Of a DNA stretch of 37,051 nt, positions 7,643-15,290 are shown one piece after another (positions within the stretch are counted from its first letter, which is position 1; every line of letters begins with the position of its first letter). The stretch spans positions 1 through 37,051 of the forward strand of contig JANOCJ010000363.1 of the NCBI GenBank assembly GCA_031412115.1. The letters are read 5' to 3'. The position numbers were made by a program, and so were the translations under genes. The notes under the pieces were generated by a model. The model ran no database searches and was not told the DNA's origin. It was given only the letters and a program-made list of their open reading frames with translations. The DNA comes from Flavobacteriales bacterium. Its GTDB lineage: Bacteria > Bacteroidota > Bacteroidia > CAMBQF01.

Positions 7643-8892
7643 TATAATGCTAATTGTGCTGTATAACTCTTTTCTCGCTTGGCGTTTAGGTCAATATACC
7701 TATTTAGGTTTACTATTGATTTGTGGCCTGTGCATTTCATAACTTCATTAACTGGTACACCTGCGCTTAGCATCATAGTACAAAACGAATCCCGCCCCCT
7801 ATGAATGCTGATACATTCCCATCTTTTAAAGTACACACCGCCTTCAACAAACTTTGTTTCATCATCAAACCAACCTGTTAGCATTAAAAGCACTTTAAGG
7901 TACTTATTAAAGTTGGCGTTGTTATATCTAGTAAAATCATAACCATAACGTGTTACAATCTCCAAAACTACCTTATTTACAGGTACGCAAAATTCACTTT
8001 TTGTTTTTTTTGCTACTTTTTTAATGCACAACCCTAAGCCGCTTATTTCTACAAAATCTTTACGGTTTAGTGAACGCATATCTTCCCAACGAATACCAGT
8101 AAAACAACTTAGTATAAAAACATCTTTTATATAATTTAATTTGGTGTCGTTAAAATCGTACTTATATAGTCTATTGGCTTCCTCTTTTGTAATGGTGGCT
8201 TTTATCGCTTCTGAATCTTTAATGCTGCCAAAGTAGTTAGCCAATCCTTTAGGTAGTTCAAAAAGCTTTTCATCTGCCAACCACTTTAAGAATCCGATAA
8301 ACAATCCTATTCTTCTTTTTATAGTAATTGGCCTTAAACCGCCCTTTGTCCAATATTTACCGCCTTTTTTGCGGTTGGTGTCATAGTCATCACGTTTAGT
8401 TTCTAGAAACTGTACAAACCTGTTCATCCAGTCCCTGTTTACTTCTTCTAGGTGAATTGGCTTAGCCGTAGCGGTTATATAATCCTCTAAATAGTAACGT
8501 ATGTTTCTATAATCCTTAATTGAATCGGGGTTAAAGCCTACACGTTTAAACTCGGTTTCTTTTACAGTATAAAACTTATTGAAATACTCTAGTAGGTACT
8601 TAGATTTCTTTACTTGCTTATCATAGTCTTCCCACGCTCTTTTAAATTGGCTAGCTGTTGGGAAGACTTTATAGGTTGAAAAGTGCTTGTCTATTATATC
8701 CTGGGCTTTCTTATCAAAAGTATTTATTACTTCCTGTTTTTCTTCGTGGTCTGTGACTGTAGTTTTTAGTTCACCATTAGCTTTTAAATAAGTTTTGTTA
8801 GGTATCGCAACACCAGTAGATTTTCGAGTTCTTCCATTATGCTGGTAGTCAATTTTAACATAACCAGCGTGGAATATTATATTTGCCTTCAT
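7642..8892 (-). CDS. Tyrosine-type site-specific integrase
   Basis: 416 aa. The C-terminal catalytic region includes GIRWEDMRSL (Arg), HRGRDSF (H-x-x-R) and GHKSIVNLNRY (His ... Tyr). The long N-terminal arm-binding/SAM-like region is typical of Bacteroidota integrases. The gene is adjacent to attR. Confidence 0.92.
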   Translation of the reverse strand: MKANIIFHAGYVKIDYQHNGRTRKSTGVAIPNKTYLKANGELKTTVTDHEEKQEVINTFDKKAQDIIDKHFSTYKVFPTASQFKRAWEDYDKQVKKSKYLLEYFNKFYTVKETEFKRVGFNPDSIKDYRNIRYYLEDYITATAKPIHLEEVNRDWMNRFVQFLETKRDDYDTNRKKGGKYWTKGGLRPITIKRRIGLFIGFLKWLADEKLFELPKGLANYFGSIKDSEAIKATITKEEANRLYKYDFNDTKLNYIKDVFILSCFTGIRWEDMRSLNRKDFVEISGLGLCIKKVAKKTKSEFCVPVNKVVLEIVTRYGYDFTRYNNANFNKYLKVLLMLTGWFDDETKFVEGGVYFKRWECISIHRGRDSFCTMMLSAGVPVNEVMKCTGHKSIVNLNRYIDLNAKREKSYTAQLAL

Positions 8893-8918
8893 ATTATCAG
8901 TTTATACCTTGAGTATTG

Positions 8919-8936
8919 CCATACCCAAATCATACC
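8919..8936 (+). repeat. 18 bp direct repeat, copy 2 (candidate integrase arm-type site)
   Basis: CCATACCCAAATCATACC, identical to 2577-2594. It lies between the integrase start and attR. Confidence 0.6.
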
Positions 8937-9049
8937 CAAAACTAAGAAAAATTAGGGAAAGTTAGCATTAGTTAACGAAAATTAAATTACATAAAGTACT
9001 GATATTCATTGAATTTATGCTTAGTAGGAAAAATTAAGAAAAATAGTAT

Positions 9050-9067
9050 GAATCCGCTCGAAACCTC
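9050..9067 (+). repeat. attR core (displaced copy of the tRNA-Cys 3' end)
   Basis: GAATCCGCTCGAAACCTC, identical to 2514-2531. No tRNA 5' part lies upstream of it. Confidence 0.85.
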
Positions 9068-9078
9068 AAGTAAATAGT

Positions 9079-9108
9079 AAAACCAGTCTCAAAAGGGCTG
9101 GTTTTTTT
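9079..9108 (+). terminator. Intrinsic terminator (probable original tRNA-Cys terminator)
   Basis: An A run is followed by stem CCAGTC/GGCTGG (with one G-U pair) and a 7 nt loop, then TTTTTTT. Confidence 0.65.
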
Positions 9109-9267
9109 GTTTCTCTGCACATGCAGAAAAAAACTAAGCATCCACCATCAACGTTTTTATAAAGTTATCACCGCTTTGCATTCGGGCGGATTTAAGGTAT
9201 TACAGCGGTGTTGCATAGAAAAATGTTCAACCATGCAGCAGAACATAAGACCACTATTAATTATAAC

Positions 9268-9300
9268 AAAAAAGCCCCGATTTCTCGGGGCTTTCATTTT
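9268..9300 (-). terminator. Intrinsic terminator downstream of tRNA-Phe
   Basis: Stem AGCCCCGA (9273-9280) pairs with TCGGGGCT (9285-9292) around a 4 nt loop. A T run follows on the minus strand (the A run at 9266-9272 on plus). Confidence 0.7.
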
Positions 9301-9302
9301 TG

Positions 9303-9375
9303 TGGTGCGAGAGGGATTCGAACCCCCGACACAAGGATTTTCAGTCCTTTGCTCTACCAACTGAGCTATCGCACC
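9303..9375 (-). tRNA. tRNA-Phe (anticodon GAA)
   Basis: The reverse complement folds as a 73 nt cloverleaf: GGTGCGA-TA-GCTC-AGTTGGTA-GAGC-A-AAGGA-CTGAAAA-TCCTT-GTGTC-GGGGG-TTCGAAT-CCCTC-TCGCACC-A. Confidence 0.93.
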
Positions 9376-9437
9376 AGCCTGTCCCTTTATTCAAGGGACG
9401 GCAAAAGTAATATTTTTTTCGAAACTGCGAAAATATT

Positions 9438-12104
9438 TTAATAGGTAATTGTAAGCGAGGTTGTAAACCTGCGCCCCATACCTACAAATACCGTTGCCGA
9501 AGTAGCGTCAAAATTGTTACCATTGGTACTAAAGCCGTTGTCTGTAGCGTCTGATATGTACAAGCTGTTCAGTACATTAAATAAGCTACCGCGTATATCA
9601 AAAAATATTTTTTTGTCAATGTTAAAGCCATAGCCAATATGGGCATCCAATAACCAATAGTCGGGCATGCGCCAGCTTTGGCGGCCGGCATTGGCACCAT
9701 CAAGCTCTACCGGGTTAAAGTTGGCGTAGTTTTTACCAAAATAGCCAAACTGCGCTTTTACATATAACTTTTTAATGGGTTCGTAACGTACGCTAAAGGC
9801 AGCGGTAATTTGGGCAGCATCGCCCACTTTTACGCCCCTGGCGTCAAAATATTTTTTGGTTACAATATTGCCTGCGTCATCGCGCACAAGTGATGTGTCT
9901 TTCGATGTCCAAACCCAATCACCAACCGATAGCATACCTTCCATTGTTAGGTTTTTAAGCACCTTGTAGGCTGCGTCAAACTCAATACCCATGTGGCGGG
10001 CGTTCATACCATTTATGTTGTATGAATAATCTTCGCCATTATAATTTATGGTTTGGGTAAAGTCTAACGGGCGGTTGTTCCACACCGTATAATAGGTATT
10101 TATGTTGCCCGAAAATTTGCGAGATGAATACGAATACCCAATTTCGCCTGCGTAGGTTGTTTCGTTTTTAATGTTTATGGCTTCCTCGTTGCCTACGCCG
10201 GTGGTAAGAGTAAATACGTTTGAAAACCTTGGGGCGCGGCTAAAAGTACCAGCATTTACATACACGTTCATATGCTCGCTTACATTCCAGTTGGCACCGC
10301 CTTTAACAGTGTAGCCAGGAAAATAACGCACAGCGCTTTTTACATAATCGCCGGTGGTGGTATCTTTCTTTAAAAAATAATCTAGCCGCTGGTAAGTTGT
10401 TAAAGAGCCCGATACGTTTACAAACGCACTCCAGTTGCCGCCTTTATACTCAGCTAGGCCAAAAGCACCGGCCCAGTTAACAAGGCCACTAAAATCGTAG
10501 GTAAACTTGTCTTTTTTATCATCAATAATTTGTACGCCCGATGAGTTTTGGTTTGTATTAAGGGCAAATACCACATCGCCACCCAAAAAGTCGTATACGG
10601 TTCGGTATTTGCGGCTTTTATAGGTGCGCAAATCAATACCACCCGATAGGGTTAAGGCTTTTATAGGCCTGTAGTTAAAGGTAGATAAAAGGCCGTACCA
10701 GTTATGGTTGTTCATAGAGGCACGCAAGTAAGCCGAAGAAAACTGAACCGGCTGGCCGTTTACTATGGTTTGGTTTAGCGGATTAGTTTGGTTGTTGCTT
10801 ATAGCGCCTTCAAAATCGTAATTGCCGGTAGCAGGTACAAGCTGAGCTGATGATGACGAGGGGGCCAGTGCTGTGCCGCCGCCTGAGCCAAATGATGCGT
10901 AGGCAATGTTTGACCAGAAGAATTTATCATTTACCTGCCAAGAGTGGCGTAGCGAAACTACAGGTTTGTGAAAGAAGTTGGTACGCTCGCTTAACACCTT
11001 GCCATATACATTTTCACGGCTGCTATTTACAGTACCCCAGTTTTCATTAAAGCGGGCACCATATTCAGGAAAAAGCGCCAGTTGAGAATCATTCCAGCCC
11101 AGTTCTTTAGCCAGACTATGGCTGTAGTTGGCTATAGGCTGCGCAAAAGAGCGTTGGCCATGTTGCTGCGGTGCACCAAATGCTGAAAGGCTAAGCATAT
11201 GGTCGCCAATTCTTTTTTCTACTTTAAAATAATAAAACCACATGCGAGACCACGTAGCATCTACCCAACCATCGTTGCGCTTGTACGAACCTGCGGCTGT
11301 AATAGCCCAACCGCCTTTTAACTGGCCGCTGGTATAGCTAAGTATGCTGCGTAAGCCCAGGTTGTTGCTAAACTCTTGCTTAAACACCAATGAGCGTTTA
11401 GCTTCAAAGCCGCTGGTCATAATGTTAATTGTACCACCAACCGATGGTATAGCTAATTTTGATGCGCCCAAACCGCGTTGCACTTGTATGCTGCGGGTAA
11501 CGTTATCGAGCCCAAACCAGTTTGACCAAAAAACCAAGCCATTTTCCATATCATTCATGGGTATACCATCAATCATTACGGCTACGTTGCGCTGGTTAAA
11601 ACCGCGTATGGTAATACGGGCATCACCATCGCCACCACCGCTTTGTGTGGCATATACGCCGGGCGTGGTGTTTAATATCATAGGCAGGTCTTGCGACCCT
11701 AACTGCTCTTTAATTTTTTCGGCCGATACGTTTGAGAACGCTACCGGGGTTTCGCGGCTAATGGCTATATCAGCAATTACCTCTACCTCTTTAATAGTAT
11801 TGGGTTGTAGGGTAATGTTTAAAAACACCTCTTTGCCCGCTGCTACAACTACCTCTTTGGTAAACAACAGGTAGCCCGAAAATTGAAAAACTACATTATA
11901 AGTACCCGCAGGCACATCCATTGTAAAGTTGCCATCAACATCCGTTACTACCCCTTTGCCCGGGGCATAAGTTACTGTAGCCCCAATTACCGTTTCGCCG
12001 TTTGTGGCATCTTTTACTGTGCCCTTAATTATACCTTGGGCACTAACAGTAGTTGCAAGCGCAAAAATTGCCAGCATTGCTGTAAGCAGTTCTTTCATAA
12101 CCAT
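9438..12104 (-). CDS. TonB-dependent receptor with N-terminal CarboxypepD_reg-like domain
   Basis: 888 aa. It has a signal peptide, GIIKGTVKDATNGETVIGATV (carboxypeptidase-regulatory-like fold), a plug region (ITIRGFNQRNVAVMIDGIPMND) and a long beta-barrel ending in an aromatic residue (LTITY). The start may be 12104 or 12098. Confidence 0.9.
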   Translation of the reverse strand: MVMKELLTAMLAIFALATTVSAQGIIKGTVKDATNGETVIGATVTYAPGKGVVTDVDGNFTMDVPAGTYNVVFQFSGYLLFTKEVVVAAGKEVFLNITLQPNTIKEVEVIADIAISRETPVAFSNVSAEKIKEQLGSQDLPMILNTTPGVYATQSGGGDGDARITIRGFNQRNVAVMIDGIPMNDMENGLVFWSNWFGLDNVTRSIQVQRGLGASKLAIPSVGGTINIMTSGFEAKRSLVFKQEFSNNLGLRSILSYTSGQLKGGWAITAAGSYKRNDGWVDATWSRMWFYYFKVEKRIGDHMLSLSAFGAPQQHGQRSFAQPIANYSHSLAKELGWNDSQLALFPEYGARFNENWGTVNSSRENVYGKVLSERTNFFHKPVVSLRHSWQVNDKFFWSNIAYASFGSGGGTALAPSSSSAQLVPATGNYDFEGAISNNQTNPLNQTIVNGQPVQFSSAYLRASMNNHNWYGLLSTFNYRPIKALTLSGGIDLRTYKSRKYRTVYDFLGGDVVFALNTNQNSSGVQIIDDKKDKFTYDFSGLVNWAGAFGLAEYKGGNWSAFVNVSGSLTTYQRLDYFLKKDTTTGDYVKSAVRYFPGYTVKGGANWNVSEHMNVYVNAGTFSRAPRFSNVFTLTTGVGNEEAINIKNETTYAGEIGYSYSSRKFSGNINTYYTVWNNRPLDFTQTINYNGEDYSYNINGMNARHMGIEFDAAYKVLKNLTMEGMLSVGDWVWTSKDTSLVRDDAGNIVTKKYFDARGVKVGDAAQITAAFSVRYEPIKKLYVKAQFGYFGKNYANFNPVELDGANAGRQSWRMPDYWLLDAHIGYGFNIDKKIFFDIRGSLFNVLNSLYISDATDNGFSTNGNNFDATSATVFVGMGRRFTTSLTITY

Positions 12105-12117
12105 TTTTTGTTTGAAT

Positions 12118-12150
12118 AAAAAAGGCTAATGCATGCACATTAGCCTTTTT
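12118..12150. terminator. Bidirectional-looking intrinsic terminator between the LTD gene and the TonB-dependent receptor gene
   Basis: GGCTAATG (12124-12131) pairs with CATTAGCC (12138-12145) around a 6 nt loop, flanked by an A run and a T run. Confidence 0.55.
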
Positions 12151-12172
12151 ATTTTTATCCATTAAAATAAAA

Positions 12173-13180
12173 TTACTGGATAGTTAATTTTTTAGTTGCA
12201 ATATGGCCTTTTACCGTTTCAACTTTCACTAAGTAAAGTCCCGAAGTTAGGTTTTGGGTATTAAATTTAGTAGTAAAGGTAGGTTCGCTTACAGTAATAG
12301 TGCGTACCAACTGGCCGGCTACATTATAAACTTCAATACTTTTAATATTTTCAGACAGGCGAACATTTACCGTCTCTGTAGCAGGGTTAGGGTAAATAGT
12401 GGCGGTAAAAGCTTGTGGGTTTTCATTTACGCCAACAGTGTTGCAATCGCAAACGTGGGCGCCAAGTTCGGTAAAAGTATTAACTGGTAGGGTATCCCAC
12501 TGGGTGGCTGGGTTCCAAGCGCCGGTGTAAGGTACGCCCGGGTTTGTAGCCTGACCGGTAATAACCGTCGGTTTACGAATCATGGTTTGGTTTTGAGTCC
12601 AATAACGTAAAAAATATACGTTAGAAGCAATACCGCTGCCCGCATCGTACGACGAGTATGGCGAAATGTTGGTCCAGGCTGCTGTGCCGCCGGTACTGCC
12701 GGTAGGCTGCTCGCCAATAAGGCCAAAAATATCTACATTACTCCAGTTGCCTTGGCCATCATTTTTTTGTAACGATAGGGCGTCATCGCCATTAAAGCAC
12801 ATTGTACGGCTGTCAGAAAGGTTGGGGTCGCATGAGGTGGTTAATTGCACGTCAGCTTTAGCGGCTAATGCAGCAAAAGGTACTGTATCAGTACCCAAAT
12901 CGGTAGTATTAATAACTATAACATACACGTCTTTAGATGCTATTGAAGCGCTTGGCAAAGGCAAAACCTCATTTGCTATTATTGAGGTAGCACCATTAGA
13001 CCAGCGGATTAAGCGGTAGTTAGACAAATCGATAGCTGCGCCGGTAGGGTTGTAAAGCTCTAGCGCCTTGTTGTTATTCGATCCCTCAACATATTCCGAG
13101 ATAAATAATTCGTTACAGGTTTGCGCGCCTGCCATTAGTGCAGTACCGGCTAAAATTACTGAAAGTAAAAACTTCTTCAT
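12173..13180 (-). CDS. Secreted lamin-tail-domain (LTD) protein with T9SS C-terminal sorting domain
   Basis: 335 aa. It has a signal peptide, and CNELFISEYVEGSNNNKALELYNPTGAAIDLSNYRL is the LTD signature. The C-terminal IYPNPATETVNV...GLYLVKVETVKGHIATKKLTIQ is a type A Por/T9SS sorting tail. Confidence 0.8.
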   Translation of the reverse strand: MKKFLLSVILAGTALMAGAQTCNELFISEYVEGSNNNKALELYNPTGAAIDLSNYRLIRWSNGATSIIANEVLPLPSASIASKDVYVIVINTTDLGTDTVPFAALAAKADVQLTTSCDPNLSDSRTMCFNGDDALSLQKNDGQGNWSNVDIFGLIGEQPTGSTGGTAAWTNISPYSSYDAGSGIASNVYFLRYWTQNQTMIRKPTVITGQATNPGVPYTGAWNPATQWDTLPVNTFTELGAHVCDCNTVGVNENPQAFTATIYPNPATETVNVRLSENIKSIEVYNVAGQLVRTITVSEPTFTTKFNTQNLTSGLYLVKVETVKGHIATKKLTIQ

Positions 13181-13301
13181 GTTTTGATTGTTTGAGGTAG
13201 CAAAAATAGGATATTTATTAAACGTACAACGGTATTAATCATTTCTTAAAATAAGATAGCCTACCACTGAGCAATTTAAAATTTTACCTTTACATAATAT
13301 T

Positions 13302-15062
13302 ATGGCAGCAACAGGCAGGGCTTTTGATTTTGATTTACTGAAACGTGTACTTAGTTACGCTAAACCTTATAAAGGCACGCTGGCGGCTACTTTTGCCCTA
13401 ACTATACTACTGGCAGCGTTAGCGCCCCTTACTCCTATTTTAACGTCGTATACTATTGACCACTACATTATTAATAGCGATTGGGACGGTTTGGTACGCA
13501 TGACGTTATTAATGGCGGCACTACTGGTTACCCAAACGGGTTTGCAGTTTGCTTACTCCTACTATTCAAGCTGGCTGGGGCAAAGCGTTATAAAAGACCT
13601 GCGGTCGCACCTTTTTAGGCATATAAATAAGCTAAACTTAAAATTCTTTGACAATACGCCCATTGGCACGCTTGTTACCCGCGTTATATCAGATATTGAG
13701 ACCATTGCCGATATTTTTTCGGAAGGGCTACTGGTTATTATTGCCGATGTTTTAAAGCTGATTGTTATTATAGTAGTAATGTTTTACATCAACTGGCAAC
13801 TGGCCGTAATCAGCCTATCTACCGTGCCGTTGTTGCTTATTAGCACCCGTATTTTTCAAAATGCCGTTAAAAAGGCTTTTCAAGATGTGCGTACCAAGGT
13901 AGCCGAGCTTAATGCCTTTGTGCAAGAGCATATTACAGGCATGAACATTGTGCAAATTTTTAGCCGCCAAGAGCAGGAATTTAACAAGTTTGAAACCATA
14001 AACCGCGCCCACCGCGATGCCAACAACCGTTCGGTATGGCACTATTCGGTGTTTTTGCCGGTGGTTGAGTTACTGTCGTCCATCTCTCGCGGCCTGCTGG
14101 TATGGCTTGGCGCAAGGCTAGTTCTTAATGAGGCTATTGAGCCCGGCGTATTGGTAGGCTTTATGATGTTTGTAGATATGCTTTTTAGGCCCATACGCGA
14201 GTTGGCCGATAAGTTTAATACCCTGCAAATGGGCATTGTAGGCTCTGAACGTGTATTTAAAGTGCTGGATACCCAACAATTTATAGATAATACCGCCAGC
14301 CTAAACCCCGCTAAAATTAGCGGCAACATTAGCTTTAAAGATGTTTGGTTTGCTTATAACGATGAGGATTATATACTAAAAGGCGTATCGTTTGATATTA
14401 AGGCCGGGCAAACCGTTGCCATTGTTGGCGCTACGGGTGCTGGTAAAACATCCGTTATAAGTCTTTTAGGCCGCTTTTACGAGTACAACAAAGGCAGCAT
14501 AACCCTTGACGGGATTGAGTTGCGCGAATATGATATTGCCGCCTTGCGCCGCAATATTGCCGTTGTTTTGCAAGATGTGTTCTTATTTTCAGATTCAGTT
14601 AACAATAATATATCATTAGGGAAAGACACCATTAGCCGCGAAGAGGTATTTGAGGCTGCCCGTATGATTGGCGCCGAACAGTTTATTGAGCGCCTGCCCG
14701 GTGGCTTTGACTATAATGTAATGGAACGCGGGGCTATGCTATCGGTAGGCCAGCGCCAGTTAATTTCGTTTATTCGTGCATATGTGCACAACCCGTCTAT
14801 ATTAATTTTGGATGAGGCTACCTCATCTATCGATACCGAGTCGGAAATATTGATACAGCGCGCTATTAATAAACTTACCGAAAACCGCACCTCTATTATT
14901 ATTGCCCACCGCCTAGCCACCGTTCAAAAAGCCGATTATATTTTGGTATTTGACCACGGCCAAATTATTGAACACGGCAGCCACCGCGAGCTTTTGGCCC
15001 AAAATGGCCAATACAAACGGCTGTTCGAACTACAGTTTAAGAATACCGAGCAGGAGGTGTAG
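13302..15062 (+). CDS. ABC transporter, fused permease/ATP-binding protein (MsbA/type I exporter-like)
   Basis: 586 aa. The N-terminal half has six hydrophobic segments. It carries Walker A GATGAGKTS, the signature LSVGQRQ and Walker B ILILDEATS. Confidence 0.92.
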   Translation: MAATGRAFDFDLLKRVLSYAKPYKGTLAATFALTILLAALAPLTPILTSYTIDHYIINSDWDGLVRMTLLMAALLVTQTGLQFAYSYYSSWLGQSVIKDLRSHLFRHINKLNLKFFDNTPIGTLVTRVISDIETIADIFSEGLLVIIADVLKLIVIIVVMFYINWQLAVISLSTVPLLLISTRIFQNAVKKAFQDVRTKVAELNAFVQEHITGMNIVQIFSRQEQEFNKFETINRAHRDANNRSVWHYSVFLPVVELLSSISRGLLVWLGARLVLNEAIEPGVLVGFMMFVDMLFRPIRELADKFNTLQMGIVGSERVFKVLDTQQFIDNTASLNPAKISGNISFKDVWFAYNDEDYILKGVSFDIKAGQTVAIVGATGAGKTSVISLLGRFYEYNKGSITLDGIELREYDIAALRRNIAVVLQDVFLFSDSVNNNISLGKDTISREEVFEAARMIGAEQFIERLPGGFDYNVMERGAMLSVGQRQLISFIRAYVHNPSILILDEATSSIDTESEILIQRAINKLTENRTSIIIAHRLATVQKADYILVFDHGQIIEHGSHRELLAQNGQYKRLFELQFKNTEQEV

Positions 15063-15066
15063 AAAA

Positions 15067-15257
15067 CCTCTCCCCTTAAAGTGGGGGGAGTATCCGCCTG
15101 AGGCGGAGAAGGGTATAAGCATTCATACCACCCCGGCTCTTCGAGCCACCCCTCCTACATTAGGAGGGGAGAAACAAAAAGCCCGCAGTTTGCGCTGCGG
15201 GCTTTGAATTTCAATCCCTCCCCCTCGTTACACTCGGGTACTCCCTTTAAAAGGGAG
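15067..15257. repeat. Cluster of short GC-rich palindromes (CTCCC.../...GGGAG type) in a convergent intergenic region
   Basis: Hairpins read by eye: CTCCCC/GGGGAG (15070-15090), TCCGCC-TGA-GGCGGA (15093-15107), GGCTC-TTC-GAGCC (15135-15147), CCCCTCCT/AGGAGGGG (15149-15169) and CTCCCTTT/AAAGGGAG (15241-15257). Confidence 0.6.
15176..15205. terminator. Bidirectional intrinsic terminator shared by the ABC exporter and TonB-dependent receptor genes
   Basis: AAAAA, then GCCCGCAG (15181-15188), a 6 nt loop, CTGCGGGC (15195-15202) and TTT. Confidence 0.7.
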
Positions 15258-15290
15258 AGTTATATTTTCCTCTGAACTAGGAACTCACAA

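Larger units (their letters stand above)
2514..9067. mobile_element. tRNA-Cys-integrated genomic island / integrative element of about 6.5 kb
   Basis: A perfect 18 bp direct repeat, GAATCCGCTCGAAACCTC, occurs at 2514-2531 (the 3' end of tRNA-Cys) and at 9050-9067. A tyrosine integrase gene sits next to the distal repeat. The interior is visibly more AT-rich than both flanks. The second repeat copy is followed by its own terminator hairpin, as expected for the displaced original tRNA 3' flank. Confidence 0.85.

Noticed and set aside
9402-9409. CAAAAGTA (minus-strand TACTTTTG, identical to the box upstream of tRNA-Cys) upstream of tRNA-Phe
   Set aside because: It lies 26 nt from the tRNA 5' end, and a hairpin (9381-9399) lies between them. 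The geometry is less convincing than for tRNA-Cys, so I did not call it as a feature.
9107-9441. Three tracked ORFs (9107-9364 +, 9157-9360 -, 9208-9441 +) around tRNA-Phe
   Set aside because: All overlap the tRNA-Phe gene and its terminator hairpin, overlap each other, and have no recognisable protein features.
11344-11874. 176 aa antisense ORF inside the first TonB-dependent receptor, and similar antisense or nested ORFs such as 1132-1422, 10454-10642, 12666-13019, 14042-14329, 16124-16396, 17287-17610, 18556-19038, 20334-20726, 33270-33542, 33749-34018 and 35190-35585
   Set aside because: Each lies within or opposite a longer ORF with clear family motifs. They have low-complexity or Arg/Ser/Cys-rich translations typical of shadow ORFs.
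14950-15207. 85 aa ORF overlapping the ABC exporter 3' end and the intergenic palindromes
   Set aside because: Its P/G/E-rich translation is produced by reading through the GC-rich palindromic repeats and the terminator, and it overlaps a confident gene out of frame.
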